NCBI GenBank assembly: GCA_004431415.1 | Contig: QPMI01000240.1 | Coordinates: 1 to 45,473 of the forward strand | DNA from: Cyanophora paradoxa CCMP329 | Lineage: Eukaryota > Plantae > Glaucophyta | Direction: 5' to 3' | Length of the DNA stretch: 45,473 bases | In this document: piece after piece, positions 21,865-33,538 of the stretch | How positions within the stretch are numbered: the first letter of the stretch is position 1 | How the letters are laid out: the number at the start of each line of letters is the position of its first letter | Notes under the pieces: generated by a model | What the model saw: the letters and a program-made list of their open reading frames with translations, nothing else | What the model was told of the DNA's origin: nothing | The model's database searches: none | Made by a program: the position numbers and the translations under genes

Positions 21865-22790
21865 GCGCATTGAAGAGTCATTTGAGATTATGCAAAGAGC
21901 TTAAGAGCGGCGCCGCGGTCTGGCGAGCGCGCACCAGAAAAGCGCGCAGCTCCTCAGCCGTTTCGCGTGGGGATCTCGCCTGCAAAATCTGAACAAGCAG
22001 AACTCGAGATTAGATGCAGGCTAGTGCGCGGGGAAAGAGAGCGGAACCGCGGCAGCGATTCCCGTGGCCCAGCGGCCGGCAACGGTGCCAGGAAGTCGTC
22101 CCTAAAAGTGAGCTGCCGGGCCCGATACTAGGATCATTTAACTCGTATTGAAGCCCTCTATAAGCCTACGTGGTCGGCCGAAAGTTGATTCTCCCCCCCC
22201 TAAGGTCCCCGCGGACCTGGAGGCGGCGCACGCCGTCGCCGACCTTCACGGCCTCCACGAGGGCGCCAGATCGATCCCCGACAATCTGGGAGGCAAAAAT
22301 ATGTGAGAAGCGCATTGAAGAGACATTTAAGATGATTGATGGGGCTTAAGAGCGGCGCCCTGGCCCTGGCGCTAGATCCGCAAAGGAAGCTCCTCACGGA
22401 ATCGAAGGGGGTCGAAAGGCGGTTCCCCGTACTCTACTCCCTCAGAGGAGCTGCCTCCGCTAAGAAAATTTTGGGAGGAATCGCCGCCCTGGCGAGCGCG
22501 CACCCGAAACGCCCGGAGCTCCTCAGCCGTTTCGCGTTGAGAGCTCGCCTGCGAGATCTGCGAGTTCCAGGATTGAGGTTAGATGCAGATTAATGCGCGG
22601 GATAAGAGAACGCGCCCGCGGCAGCGATTCCCGTGGCACAGCGGCCCGGCAACGGTGCCAGGAAGTCGTCTCTAAAAGTGATCTGCCGGACCGGAGACTA
22701 TGCTTTTTAAACTCGTATTGAAGCCCTCTATAAGCCTACGTGGTCGGCCGAAAGTTGATTCTCCCTCCCTAAGGTCCCCGCGTACCTGGG
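21865..22790 (+). repeat. Diverged internal direct repeat (~21865-22220 vs ~22310-22790)
   Basis: Shared blocks include GGCAACGGTGCCAGGAAGTCGTC and ACTCGTATTGAAGCCCTCTATAAGCCTACGTGGTCGGCCGAAAGTTGATTCTCCC. The second copy has an extra ~110 bp. Confidence 0.85.
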
Positions 22791-24264
22791 CGAGCGCCGC
22801 GACGGGGCGCCGCTTAGCTCCAGCACCGCGAGGGGGAAGGAGCGGCGGAGGACCCGCTCCCGCGCGGTCGTTTCGCGAGCATCTGAGACGAGGATCACGG
22901 CTATGCGCAGCGATTGGGCGGGAGCGCACGGGTGCGGCCGCGCGACCATGAAACTGCGGCGGGGGTCGGTGCTCGGCGCAGCGCGGCAGCGGGCGCGGCT
23001 CGCCTGCAACAGGATCAACCGGAGAGATGTTGCAGAGCGTTGCGCGTGCGCGGTGCGTCGTCCGCCTTCGACGGTGCAAGCAATCCGCACGCCGCCGGCC
23101 GACCTGTGCGAAACAGCTTCAGGACGAGCCCTAAGCATGCGCGATCCTCCAATCATCCTTTTCTGCGCGAGGAACGACGGCGGCGCCGCACCTGGGCGCG
23201 CGGCTGTCGGTTGTCCGAGGTGCGCCGAGGCAGTGAGCGACGAGGCGCGCGGACGCCTGCAAAAGGAGCCCGGGACGCTGTTTCGGCGGCTGTAGGCTAT
23301 CTACGCCGGAAAAGCTCGCCGGCCGAAGGTTGGCTGGCGAATCCAACGTGCCGCCCGGCTGCTGCTGGCCGCTCGACGCGCGGACCGCAAACCCGCATGG
23401 TAGGACAGCCGAGAGGCTCCCCGTGGCATCTACAGGTGCAGTAGCTAGCGGGAGAGGCTCCTGACAGGCGATCGGCCTGCGCGTTCGTCAGCGGCACTGT
23501 TGCGCGCGACCGACTGTTGCCCGCGACCTAAACCAGCGCACCAATAGTGTCCTGCAGGCAGGGAGATGCCGCTGCTGCTCGCTGGGCGCCCGCGCTACGA
23601 GGCTTGCGCGACGCGGCAGGCGCTACGCGGGGCGGTGCGGGTCGGCAGGCGGGAGTGTCTCGCGGCATTCCAGAAAGATCTTGTATGCTATACTATCACT
23701 TCTGGAGGCGTTGCTGCCGCCTGCTGACCGGCACGCCGCTCCGGAGGCTCTCCGAAGGTGCCGGTCGCTTGCCGACCGCCCGAAGCTCACACGCTCGCCC
23801 GGGGACGCGGCGAGTTGCGATCCGGGCATTATCGAACTAGCTGAGAGCGTTGGTCACGCTTGCAGGGCGCCCCCGGCACGCACGCCGACCGAGCTCCTAA
23901 ATCGGACCCGGTCCGGGAATACTGTACCGGGGTCCTAATCGTTTTTTTAGGGGTCTAGCAGACTCTTACGGGCGGGGGGGCGGAGCGGCGGCAAGGGAGG
24001 GCGGAGGACTGCGAGACATTTCACTTCCAGGGCTCATGAGGGATGGAGGAGTTGATCAAGGGGTGGGCGCGCGGGTCTGGTTACGGCCATCACCGAAAAC
24101 CATGGCTCCCCCACTCAGGCGAACCTCCCATATTGAGCGACCATGGCCGGCACCTAGCTAGCACCTTCGGCTAGATAGATGACCGGTCGGAAGGGCACGT
24201 CGCGTAGAACATTGATACATGTGCCGTGTTGTATCAATGCGACGTCCATTTTTGCAAAAAAAAA

Positions 24265-25864
24265 CCGAGGGCCCCGCGCCGGCGGGCCCCGGGGGACGCT
24301 GCTCTGCGGCTGCGGGCGGAGTGGTGCGGGGCGGGGCCCTCCGGAGACCTCTTAGGCTCCTCGCCGCGCCCGCGGCTGCAGCGACGCCGACGCGGAGGCC
24401 GCGCCGCGTCGGCGGGCGCGCTGCAGGCGCCCGCCCGCCCCGGCCCCCCGCCCCGGCGACCTCCCCCCCCGGCTCGTGGCGGAGTGCGCCTGGCGCCCTC
24501 CCGAACGTCGCGCCGCTCGCGCCCCTGGCGGGGCGGCGGGGCGCGGCGGGCGGCGGGCTCGACCTCCTCTCCGCGAGGGACCGTCGGACGCCGCCGGCCG
24601 CGCGCCCCGCAGCGGCAGTCGCACATGTACACCGCGCTCACGCCGTCGGCGCGCAAGGCCTCCGGATCCGGCACCGTCCCGCAAGACAGCTGGCCACATC
24701 GTTCGAGTCCGAGGGATCCTGGTGGAGTAATTGGAGTCCGGAAGCAGTGTCAAAAGTATTACAGCACCTTCCGCTGGCGCGGGCGCCAGGTGCGACGTTG
24801 ATCTCGATCTAGCATTGGATCGCTACCTTAAGCTTGAGATAATTTCGCACAGATTTCGACTGCAGGTCTTCCAGCAAAAGATGTGAGCGGTGTTCACGTA
24901 TCTGAATCTGGGTTACTCTAAATCGCGGACAGGACGCCATCAAGAAACGGGACCGCCTCGCTATCATTTGCGATCACATCGACGCTAGGACTGGGTGGTC
25001 ACCTCGTCTTTCAGATGGTATTCTAAATTACCCTCGTTCTGGTGCGTTTGAAATACGCGAATTTATGAATACATAAGGAAAGAGTCTATAGCTACGACTG
25101 AATTTGGATCAACGCAGAATACGAGGGGGAGGAGTTTTATGCCGCCCTTCAGAGGGGCGAGCTCGATCCAATCGATCACGAAGATATCCACAATCACGTC
25201 TTCCGAAGTTCGCTTTTCTAAAGCGACACGAGGACTCCGGCCGAGTCTCCGCCTTACAAGAGGTCCTTTCAAAAGTTTCTTATTCGCTTTTTCGCAAGCA
25301 CAAAGTGGCGAATTCAAATTTTTTAATGCGCGGATTCCTCGAGTTCGACGTCGAGCCAGGGAGGCATCGGCCGCGGGCTTCCGCGGAGTCTCCCGCTTCG
25401 AGGAAGGCTTGTGGCGCGGAAAGTTCTGCTGGCGGAGTCTCGACTTCTCTTCTGCATCTTCTTGGGATGCTCAGGTGATCGAGATCGTCATGCGCAAGGC
25501 GATGAGAGTGCACGTGACTCAGTGACATCGACGATGCGTTCTGCGCTTCTTCTCGGGAGGCGGCGCGGTTGACGTTCCGCGACCGAGTTCCGCGACCCTC
25601 TGCCGCAGCGGCTCGACGAGCGCGAGGGCACATGTACGCCTCCCGCAGCGCGCGCAGGACGCTCAGCTCAATTTCGACCCGTCCGGCACCTCTGATCGGA
25701 TAAAACAATTCGGAATTCGAATAGTATTCTTAAAAAATCCGTCCTTTGCATTTCCGGAATAATTTCAATCGACCGCGGATTCCAGGTTTCAAGAACGAGC
25801 CGTTCTTCGTCGACTGCAAGACGGAAAGCTCAACGGGTACATCGAAGCAGCCTCGAACCCCGCG
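24265..25864 (+). repeat. Right copy of ~1.6-kb direct repeat
   Basis: Begins immediately after the A9 tail and continues into unique sequence after 25864. Confidence 0.95.
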
Positions 25865-27750
25865 AAGCAATTTGCGAATTCCTCGGGAACCGAGGGGAGT
25901 ACCAGAAGCTCGTGCGCCCCGTTGTTTGTTCACGCGCCGGCTGTGTTTGAAACGACATTTCAACGCCGGCTCCACGTGCACTTCAGACTGGCAAACGCGC
26001 CGGCAAAGTCGGCAGGCGCCTCGAGCTCTAGATCTGCGGGGCGAATTCGGGATCGACGAGCTCGAGGAGGACGAGCTCGATCGCGAGCTCGAGGAGGACG
26101 ATGGCGATCGCGAGGATGAAGAGGCCGCCGACTCCGACACCGCTTCGAATTCTAAAGTCTCAATATTCTGCGTGTACATTCGAATTCCACTTCAAAACAT
26201 GCATTGACATGCACATTCATGTCGCTCACACAAACGTGTGATCATGACGCTGCAGATTGCAGGGCCGGCGAGTGCACGTGCACGTGCGGAGCAAGATCTC
26301 GATCATCGGATCCGGAATTCGAATCAGACCAAGAGGACTCGGACCCGGGCCCGGAGGGCGAGCCCGAGGAAGCCGCCCGCCCTAGCTATAGGCCTGGTGA
26401 GCCAAGCCACCATCATATGGCATCGGACCGGATCGCAGAGGGGGTCTGATCACGGTCGCCATCGGTCGCCATCGCGACCCCCGCCCCTCGCGCAAGGATC
26501 CGCAGAAATTCAGGACGTCGACAAGGCTGTCGACAAGGGCATGTGCACGGGTGCGCGTGTACATGTTTTCTCGCACGAGATATTTCTTCGTGCATCCTAT
26601 TTCTGAATATTAATGCGGATCAAGATCTAGAGATCTAGAGGCGCTGGAACAACCTGCTCAAGCGTGGCCGGGTAATTTTATAAGACGTTCGAACCTTTGC
26701 TCGATCACTGCAATTGATCGCAACGAAGGTGGTCCCCGGCTGCCGCTCCGAGTCGGTGCGGGAGCGGCGGGGCCGCTTCTACGTATACGCCGCCTTCCTC
26801 CTCGGGGACGAGAAGGCGCGCCGCCCGGCCCGCGCCCAGGCTTAGGCCATATAGGGTCGAGCCCCTGTGCGTCGCGGCCTTGTCTCACGGGCCGGGCCCC
26901 GCAGGTCCTCTCCCCGCGCTGGCATCGGCGGAGGCGGCGATGCGCTTCCGCGACCGCTGCATCCTCGCCTGGTTCGGGCCCGCGGGCTCCGCCGCCACGG
27001 CCTCCTCCCCTCCTCCACTTCCCCCCGAGGGTGCGCGCGCTCCCGCGGCCGGTCGCGCGCTCCGGGCTGCGCTTAGCGGCCGGGCCGGGGGCAGAGTACG
27101 CGGGGGAGGGGTGGTACAGGGGCGAGCCGTGGCGCTTCGCGGGGCCCCGGACGGGGAGGTGGGGGGGCGGGGCCGGCCGTGCGGCGCACCGTCGCTTCGT
27201 CGCCGCGCCCTCGGGGTGCCCCGCCCCCGCCCCACCCACGCTCGCGCTCGGCCCCGATATCGATCGCGGCCCGAGCGCGGTCGCGAGCCCCGATTGCAGG
27301 GCGATGACGTGCAGTGACTTTTTGCAGCTCGGAGATCCAGACGATCGCGATGCAGAAGAGTGCGATGAGGAGCTCGAGCCGCATGCGCGGGGGGGCGCGG
27401 AGGTCGAGCCTCCACCGCGAGCCGACGTCGACGTCGACGCGGGCGGGCCCGGGACCGGGCCCGGGGCGGCCAGCCAAAACGACGATCGCGAGGGCGGCCG
27501 CAGGCGGGCCCGCGCCGCCGGCGCCGGCGCCCCCGGCAGGCGTGGCCGGCGAAGAACGCGCGATGACGATCCAGATGCAGAAGAGCGGCCGGCGAAGAAG
27601 GGAAAGAAGGAGCCCAAGAGGCGGAGTCACGATATCGATCCTGCGGCCGCGCCCGCCAGCGACGACCGCGGCGACGCCGACGCCTCGCGATCGCGAGCCG
27701 GAAAGAAGATCGCGAGGAAGAAGGCTGCAGGGGGCGGGAGCTGCGCATGC
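25750..27750 (+). CDS. Hypothetical spliced gene(s) with acidic and basic low-complexity segments; boundaries uncertain
   Basis: Coding-like pieces EFGIDELEEDELDRELEEDD, EFESDQEDSD, AEAAMRFRDRCILAWFG and EERPAKKGKKEPKRR, with GCAG acceptors between them. Confidence 0.3.
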
Positions 27751-27759
27751 CCGCGGGGC

Positions 27760-28616
27760 CGGAGCCGGCGCCCGCCGGGGTTTCCCTTGCAGTTGACCGC
27801 TCGAGCTCGCGCTCGAGCTCCCGGCGCGCCCGCCACGAGGCGCCGCCGCCGCCACGTGCACCACCACCGCGCCGCCGCCGCCCGCGGCCGCTGCGCATGC
27901 TCCCGACCCTCGATCGGCGCGCCCTTCCCCTTGAGCTCGCAGCACCCTCATGCAGCGCCCTTGTCATGACTCATGAGCTTGAAGCTCGAGCTTCCGAACC
28001 CTCTGACGCGTCGCCCCGGCAGGTGCTCGGCTGGCAGCCGCCGACGTCGTCGAGTGGCTCGTCCGCCGCTTCGGCTCGCGGGGCGGCCCCTCGAGTCCGC
28101 CGCGTGCGCGCCCCGCGCCGCTTCGGAGTCGCGCCTGCGCCCTCCGAGGTCCCGTCGGCAGGCGGCGGGTGCTGGGGCGGCTGTGGCTGACGGGGCGCGC
28201 TGCTGCTGCTGCCGGCGGGCGCGCTGCGGGCGCCCCTGCTCGAGAAGCTGCGCGAGGAGGGGGGGGGCGGGGGCGGCGCTGGGGGACGCGCTGGGGCGCT
28301 CCTCGCGAGCCTCGACCCCGAGGCCCGCCCCCGCCCCGCCCCCGCCCCGCCCGCCGGGGCCGGCCGCGGGGCCCTGACCGCCGCGCGCCCCCGCGCAGGT
28401 CGAGCTGCTCGCGGAGGAGGCCGGGCCGCCCGCCGCCGCCGCCCTCCGCGCCCCTCCTCCGCCTCCGCCGCGCCCACGCAGCCCGCTGCGCCCCCGCCGG
28501 CCCCTGTAGCCGGCCCGCAGCCGGGCGCGCGCGCCCCTCCAGAGTGCGCCGTTTTCGCCGCTATTTTCGCAGTCTACGCGTACGTCGCTTTCGAAATCTG
28601 CAGCACCGGCCTCCAT
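27760..28616 (-). CDS. Hypothetical protein with short coiled-coil
   Basis: MEAGAADFESD start, LLAQLLEQG and RARELERELERS segments. Exon structure unresolved. Confidence 0.25.
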
Positions 28617-29323
28617 TTTCGCAGCCTTTTGCGATCGTTGCAATCGCTCTGTTTAATTTAGAATGCGATGGCAAGCGCTTCGAATTCCCCGCGCGGCCTT
28701 CAGCTTGCCCGTCATCCGCTGGCGCCTGTTCAATTTCAGCGTGTCGACGTGTACATGTTGGGGGCTATCCCCGAATTTCGAAGCGGCCGCAGCGGACCGG
28801 CGGGCCCGGCCTCGGGAAAGCCGAGCGGCCGCCGGCGGGGGCCGGGGCCTAGCAGGCGGCGAGGTCGGCGTCCGCGAAGTCCTCCTCTTGCGCGCGCGCG
28901 CGGCACCGCCGGTCGGTCGCGATATCGATCGGATCGGATCGGAGCTATCACAGTATGTCTAGCCCCGGCGGGGCGCCTGAGCCTCGGAGGCTGCACGCTT
29001 TAGATTCATGTTTTATTCGATTTTGCGAGACTGCACTGCAGTCTGCAGTCCGACGGTAATTCGCAACTGCAATATTGATTGGCTTCGGCTTTAAATTCAG
29101 CTCGAGCTCATGATCATGATCAGCAGCTCCGCCGGGCCGCATCCTCGAATTGAAGGACGCAGGCAGCAATTGCAAGCCGCGACGGCGCCAGGCGCGAGTG
29201 CGCGCGGCAAAACTAAACTAGTAAAGAGGCACCGGAGGACGCGCTGGCCCCGGCCACAGTACACATCGAAATTAACAAAAACGCTCGCCGAGTCGATCGC
29301 GAGCAATGACGACTGCTTTGCAT

Positions 29324-30014
29324 CTACTCCTGTCTCTCTGAGAGCGATCCGACCCGGGCGGCGGGGGGCGCCACGGTGCGCCCGCTGGGATCCGCTCCGA
29401 GGCTCGGATTGGTGCGGGCTTGGATCCGATCCGACCCGACGGGAGGCCGGCGGGGCGGGGTCAGATCCAGGCGGCGACGCCGGGCTCCCCGTCGAGCTCG
29501 GGCCCCTCCCCCGCGAGCCACGGCTCGGGCTCCTCGAGGGCGCCCCAGGCGGCCCAGGCGGCCTCCCCCTCGAGGGCCTCCGGGCGAGCTCGAGGGAGAG
29601 CTCCTGCAGCGCCTCCTCCAGCCGCCGCGCCGCGCACTCCTCCGGCTGCCGGGCCCGCTCAGCGCCGGGGCCGGCGGGGCGGGCGGGGCGGGCGGGGGGC
29701 GCACCTGGGGGCGGATCTCGTTCTGGCAGAGCTGGGGGCGGCTGCCCGCGCACGACGCGCACGACGAGGGGCGCCGCCGGCTCGTCCAGCGTCACCGCCA
29801 CCTCCGAGGCCTGTGCAGGCGGGCCGCGGCGCCACGCGTCAGGGCGCGGGCCGGGGGCCGCGGGCCGGGGGCGCGCCTCGATGAAGACGGTCTGCTGGGG
29901 CGCGGCCGCGCTGATCTGCGTCGCCGGCGCGTCGACGTCGACCGCCACCTCCGGGGATCGACACGCTGACGGGGATCTCCCTGCGGCGCCGGGGCGCGCG
30001 CGCCGGAGGCCGGT

Positions 30015-30048
<34 letters not shown>

Positions 30049-32641
30049 CGGCGCACGGCATGGTGATGGCGATGGGGTCCTGGGCAGGTGGACGGCGACG
30101 CGGGCGCCGGGAGGCTGACGTCGACGGCCGGGGCCGGGACCTCCACGCGGATCGGGCCCGCCGGCGCGTCGACGTGCACGGGGTACTCCGGCACGCTCAC
30201 GAGCACCGGCTGCATCGGCACGTTCGCTGCGGCGGCGGCGCCGGCGCCGGCGGCGGTGAGCTCGAGACCGTCGGGTCGGGGCCGGCTCCGCTGGAGGCTC
30301 GGGGACGGGGCGGGGGCGGGGGGCGGGGGGGGGGAGGACCGACGGAGGGCCCCTCGGGGATCTGGACGTAGAGCTCCTGCGGCTCCGGCGAGATCCGCAC
30401 CTGCGCGGGGGCGACCGGCACGCGCTGCTCCCCCGCCACCTCCCCGACGCTCACCTCCGCCGCCGGCACTGCGCCCCGCCCGGTCGCGGTCGGCCGCGGG
30501 GTCGGAGGGGGGAGGGGCGCCGGGGGCCGGGGGCACCGAGGACGTCGACGTGCTGGGCGGGGCGACGGCGCCGACGGCCTCGGCGGCCCCCGCGGCGCGC
30601 ACGGCGACCGACCTGCTCGGGCGCTGGGGCGGATGCGCTCAGCGGGGCGGCGGCGGGAACCGCGGCGGCGAAGGCCTCGCCCAGCGGCAGGCTCGCCCGC
30701 TCGAAGCTGACCTCCGCGACCCCTGCCCCGGGGCCCCCGCCCGCCCCGCGTCGGGGTCGGGGTCGGGGTCGGGGGCGGGGGCGTGGGGGGGGCGGGGAGC
30801 GTCGGGCCCGGGCTCCCCCCCTCCTCGGCGACGGTCTGCGCCCGCCCCGAGGCGGAGGCTCGCGGGGAAGAGCGCCGCCTGCGCCCCCGTCGGCGGGGCG
30901 GGGGGGGGGGGGGACGTCGGCGAGGGCCGGCAGCGCCCCCGCCGCGCCGTGAGGGGCGCGGGGCGGGGCGGAGGAGAGGGCGGGCCGGGGCGGACCGGCG
31001 CCCGGGCGCTCGCGCGGCGGCGCCGTAGCCGAAGTCGCCGTCGCCCGCGCTCGCGGGGCGCCAGAGGCGCGGCAACCCTGCCCCGCCGGCGTCGCGGGGG
31101 GCGGGGGCGGGGCGGGGCGGGGCGGGGCGGGGGCGGGCACCGCCGGCGCTGCACTCGAGGTGGCTGTAGGAGCCGGCGGCGTCCCCCTCGGCCCCCGCGG
31201 GGCCCGCGCCCCCGAGAAGGCGGGGAGGGCCTCGAGGGAGGGGCGGCGGGCGCCGGCCACGAGCAGGTCCACCGAGCCGGCGGGGGCCGCCCGGGGGCCC
31301 CGGGGCGGGGAGGGGCGCCCTCCTCGAGCTCGGGGCCCGCGGCCCCCGCCGGCGTCGCCTCCTCTTTCTCCTCCTCGGCCTACTCGGCGCCGGAGGGGGC
31401 GGGGGGGCGGCCTCGTCGTCGTCCTCCTCCTCGTCGTCCTCCTCGTCGGCAGAGTCCTCCTCGGGGCCGGGGACAGCCCCTCGGCGGCATCCCCCGCCGC
31501 GTCCGCCTCCTCGCGATCGCCGGAGGGGTCCGCGGCCTCCTCCGCCGCCCCGGCCCCCGCGGCGGGGGCGGGGGTGGCGGCGGCCTCGGAGGCGGCCGCG
31601 GGGCCCCGGGGGGGCCGGGCCGGCGAGCCCTTGGCAGAGAGAGAGCGGCGCCCGGGGCAGACGCGGCGGGGCCCGAGCCCGCGGTGGCGCCGGCGGCCCG
31701 GCGGCCCCGGCGGCCTGCGGCGGCGCAGTCAGGGGCGGCCCCGCCCCGCCCCGCCCCGCCCCGCCCCCGCTGCACCGCGTCGCCGTCGCCGTGGTGGTCG
31801 TGGGAGGCGACGGGGCTGACGGCGGCGAGGGCGGCGTGCGCGGAGCTCTGCGACCCGCCGCGTGGGTGGACGCGGCGGGCGGGGCCGGCGCGGGGCCGGC
31901 GGCCGCGCACCTTGAAGACGCCGACGGAGGCGGCGGGGGGGCGGCGGCGCCCTCCGCGGGGCCCGGGGCTACGCCGCCGCCGGCAGCGTAGGCGGGGCCG
32001 GGCGCGGCGGCCTGCGCGGGGGCGTCGGGGCGCGAAGAAGCGCGGGGCGGGCGGGGCGGGCGGACGTGGCTCGCGTCGGGGGCGGCGCCGTCGGCGCAGT
32101 TGCAGCCGCAGACGGTCGGGTCTCGCAGTGGCCGTGCACTTCTGGCCTGCGCGGCGCGCACCTCAGAGGCGGTCCGGCAGCACGGCGGGGCGGGCGAGGC
32201 GCGGAGGGCGCGCGCGGGGGCCGGTTGAGGGCCCGAGGTCGCACTCCTCGCGCCTCCGCGCCCGTCCCCGCACACTGCCGCCCGCCCGTCAGCCGCCGCG
32301 CCGCGCCGTGGAGCGGGCCGGGGGGGGCGGAGGCCGGACCGGCGGAGGGCGCAGCGGCGGTGCAGCCCGAGTGGCGGTGCGTTCAGCGCGCCGCGTCGCT
32401 GGGCGGGAGCGGGGCGGTGAGAGGGCGGGGGCTCGAGCTTCAGAGGCGAGGCGGGGCGCACCAGCCTCCCCGCGTCAAGGCAGCCGTCCCGCAGACTGCG
32501 AGAGGTCGGCGGGCAACGCTGGGCAAGTCAGAGGGGCCCGGGCGGGCGACCGGGGGCGACGACGGCGCAGTCCTCCGAGCAGCCGCTGCACTTGTCGCCG
32601 TTCGCGTCGCCTGCGGGGGCGTCAGGGCGCGGGGCGGGCAG

Positions 32642-32686
<45 letters not shown>

Positions 32687-33145
32687 CGCGGGCACCGATT
32701 CGCACCTCGCCGATCTCCACCGCCGTTCCCGCACACTGCGCCCCGCGCGCCGTGGCCGGGCGCCGGTGGGGGGCGGGGCGGGCGGCGGGCGGACGGGGAG
32801 GTCGCGGCACTCGACGGCCGGCGCCCGCTCGGGCACCGGCACCTGCGCGCGGCCCGCGCCCGCGTCGGGGGGCGCGCAGCGGAGGCCCGGGACCGCGCCG
32901 GTGAGGACGGCCGGGCCGAGCTCGCACACGGCCGCCTGCGGCACTCGCCGTACGCGTACGCGTCGGAGGAGGAGCAGCAGCAGCGGGAGGAGGAGGGGCG
33001 GACCGGTCTGGGCGGCCATCATGACGAAGCCGGCCCCGGGGCCCCCGCCCTCCGCCGCCCCGTGCGCGTCCCCTTGCGGCTGCCGCCCCGCGTCAGGCGC
33101 GGCCGGCGCCGCGGCCGCGCGCGCGGCGAGGGGATGCGCCGACAT
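29324..33145 (-). CDS. Multi-exon secreted or membrane protein with Cys-rich motifs, an acidic tract and Val/Pro/Glu-rich repeats
   Basis: Hydrophobic LLLPLLLLLL near the N-terminus; CGNG..VEIGE / DANGDKCSGCSEDC; EEDSADEEDDEEEDDDE; QRVPVAPAQVRI, PVLVSVPEYPVHVDAPAGPIRVEVPAPAVDV. Many frameshifts. Confidence 0.5.
32644..32686. repeat. Poly-G run (~43 nt), probably intronic
   Basis: Seen directly; length unreliable given homopolymer errors. Confidence 0.9.
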
Positions 33146-33538
33146 GGTCCGAGGTTCGAGCGAACGTTAACGTTACGGTAACCGACCGAGCTGTGCCGTT
33201 CCGGCGTCAGATGTCGACGAAGCGCGCAGCGTCGACTGGGGAAGCTCAAGGGACGCGCGAGGCGAGACGGGCGAGCTGGCTCGCTTGATGTCGACCGCTT
33301 GGCTGATATCGATGCGCGAAGACTAGCGATTCGCGTGAGCGCACCGGTGCGCGAGTTCGAACTTGGAACGCGAAGCCGGTTGAAGGCAAGCGCCGCGCCA
33401 CGTACACGTGCGCGTACACGCAGAGCGCCTCATGCATGCGCAGGCAGCCAGCATGCGCATGCTTGCTGCGACCATCCCCGCCCTCTACCCCCGCCTGTTG
33501 TCCCCCCGGCTAACTCGGCCGGGTACAGGTCAGACACG

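Larger units (their letters stand above)
19996..23970. mobile_element. Non-autonomous DNA transposon with perfect 36-bp TIRs, superfamily unassigned
   Basis: CGTAAGAGTCTGCTAGACCCCTAAAAAAACGATTAG at 19996-20031 and its exact reverse complement at 23935-23970. GGC lies on both sides (possible 3-bp TSD). No transposase recognised. Confidence 0.85.
15658..24264 (+). mobile_element. 5'-truncated non-LTR retrotransposon with A9 tail; 3' UTR interrupted by a TIR element
   Basis: Encodes HNDAVDKLAK (RNase H C-terminal motif, 17539-17568), CPFC...HIFTC knuckle (18001-18176) and AIWRDRC...WE...GI (~18576-18632). A9 at 24256-24264 abuts the second copy of the direct repeat. Confidence 0.85.

Noticed and set aside
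20100-23900. Transposase within the TIR element
   Set aside because: No DDE-like or other transposase motifs recognised in any listed ORF.
14043-25864. Direct repeats as LTRs
   Set aside because: No TG...CA ends, PBS or PPT, and no integrase or gag. The interior ends in poly(A), and the repeat is continuous with host sequence on both outer sides.
30088-32904. 938-aa plus-strand ORF and similar Arg/Gly/Pro-rich ORFs (e.g. 35196-37343, 7185-8015)
   Set aside because: Shadow ORFs caused by stop-codon scarcity at high GC; the coding signal is on the other strand.
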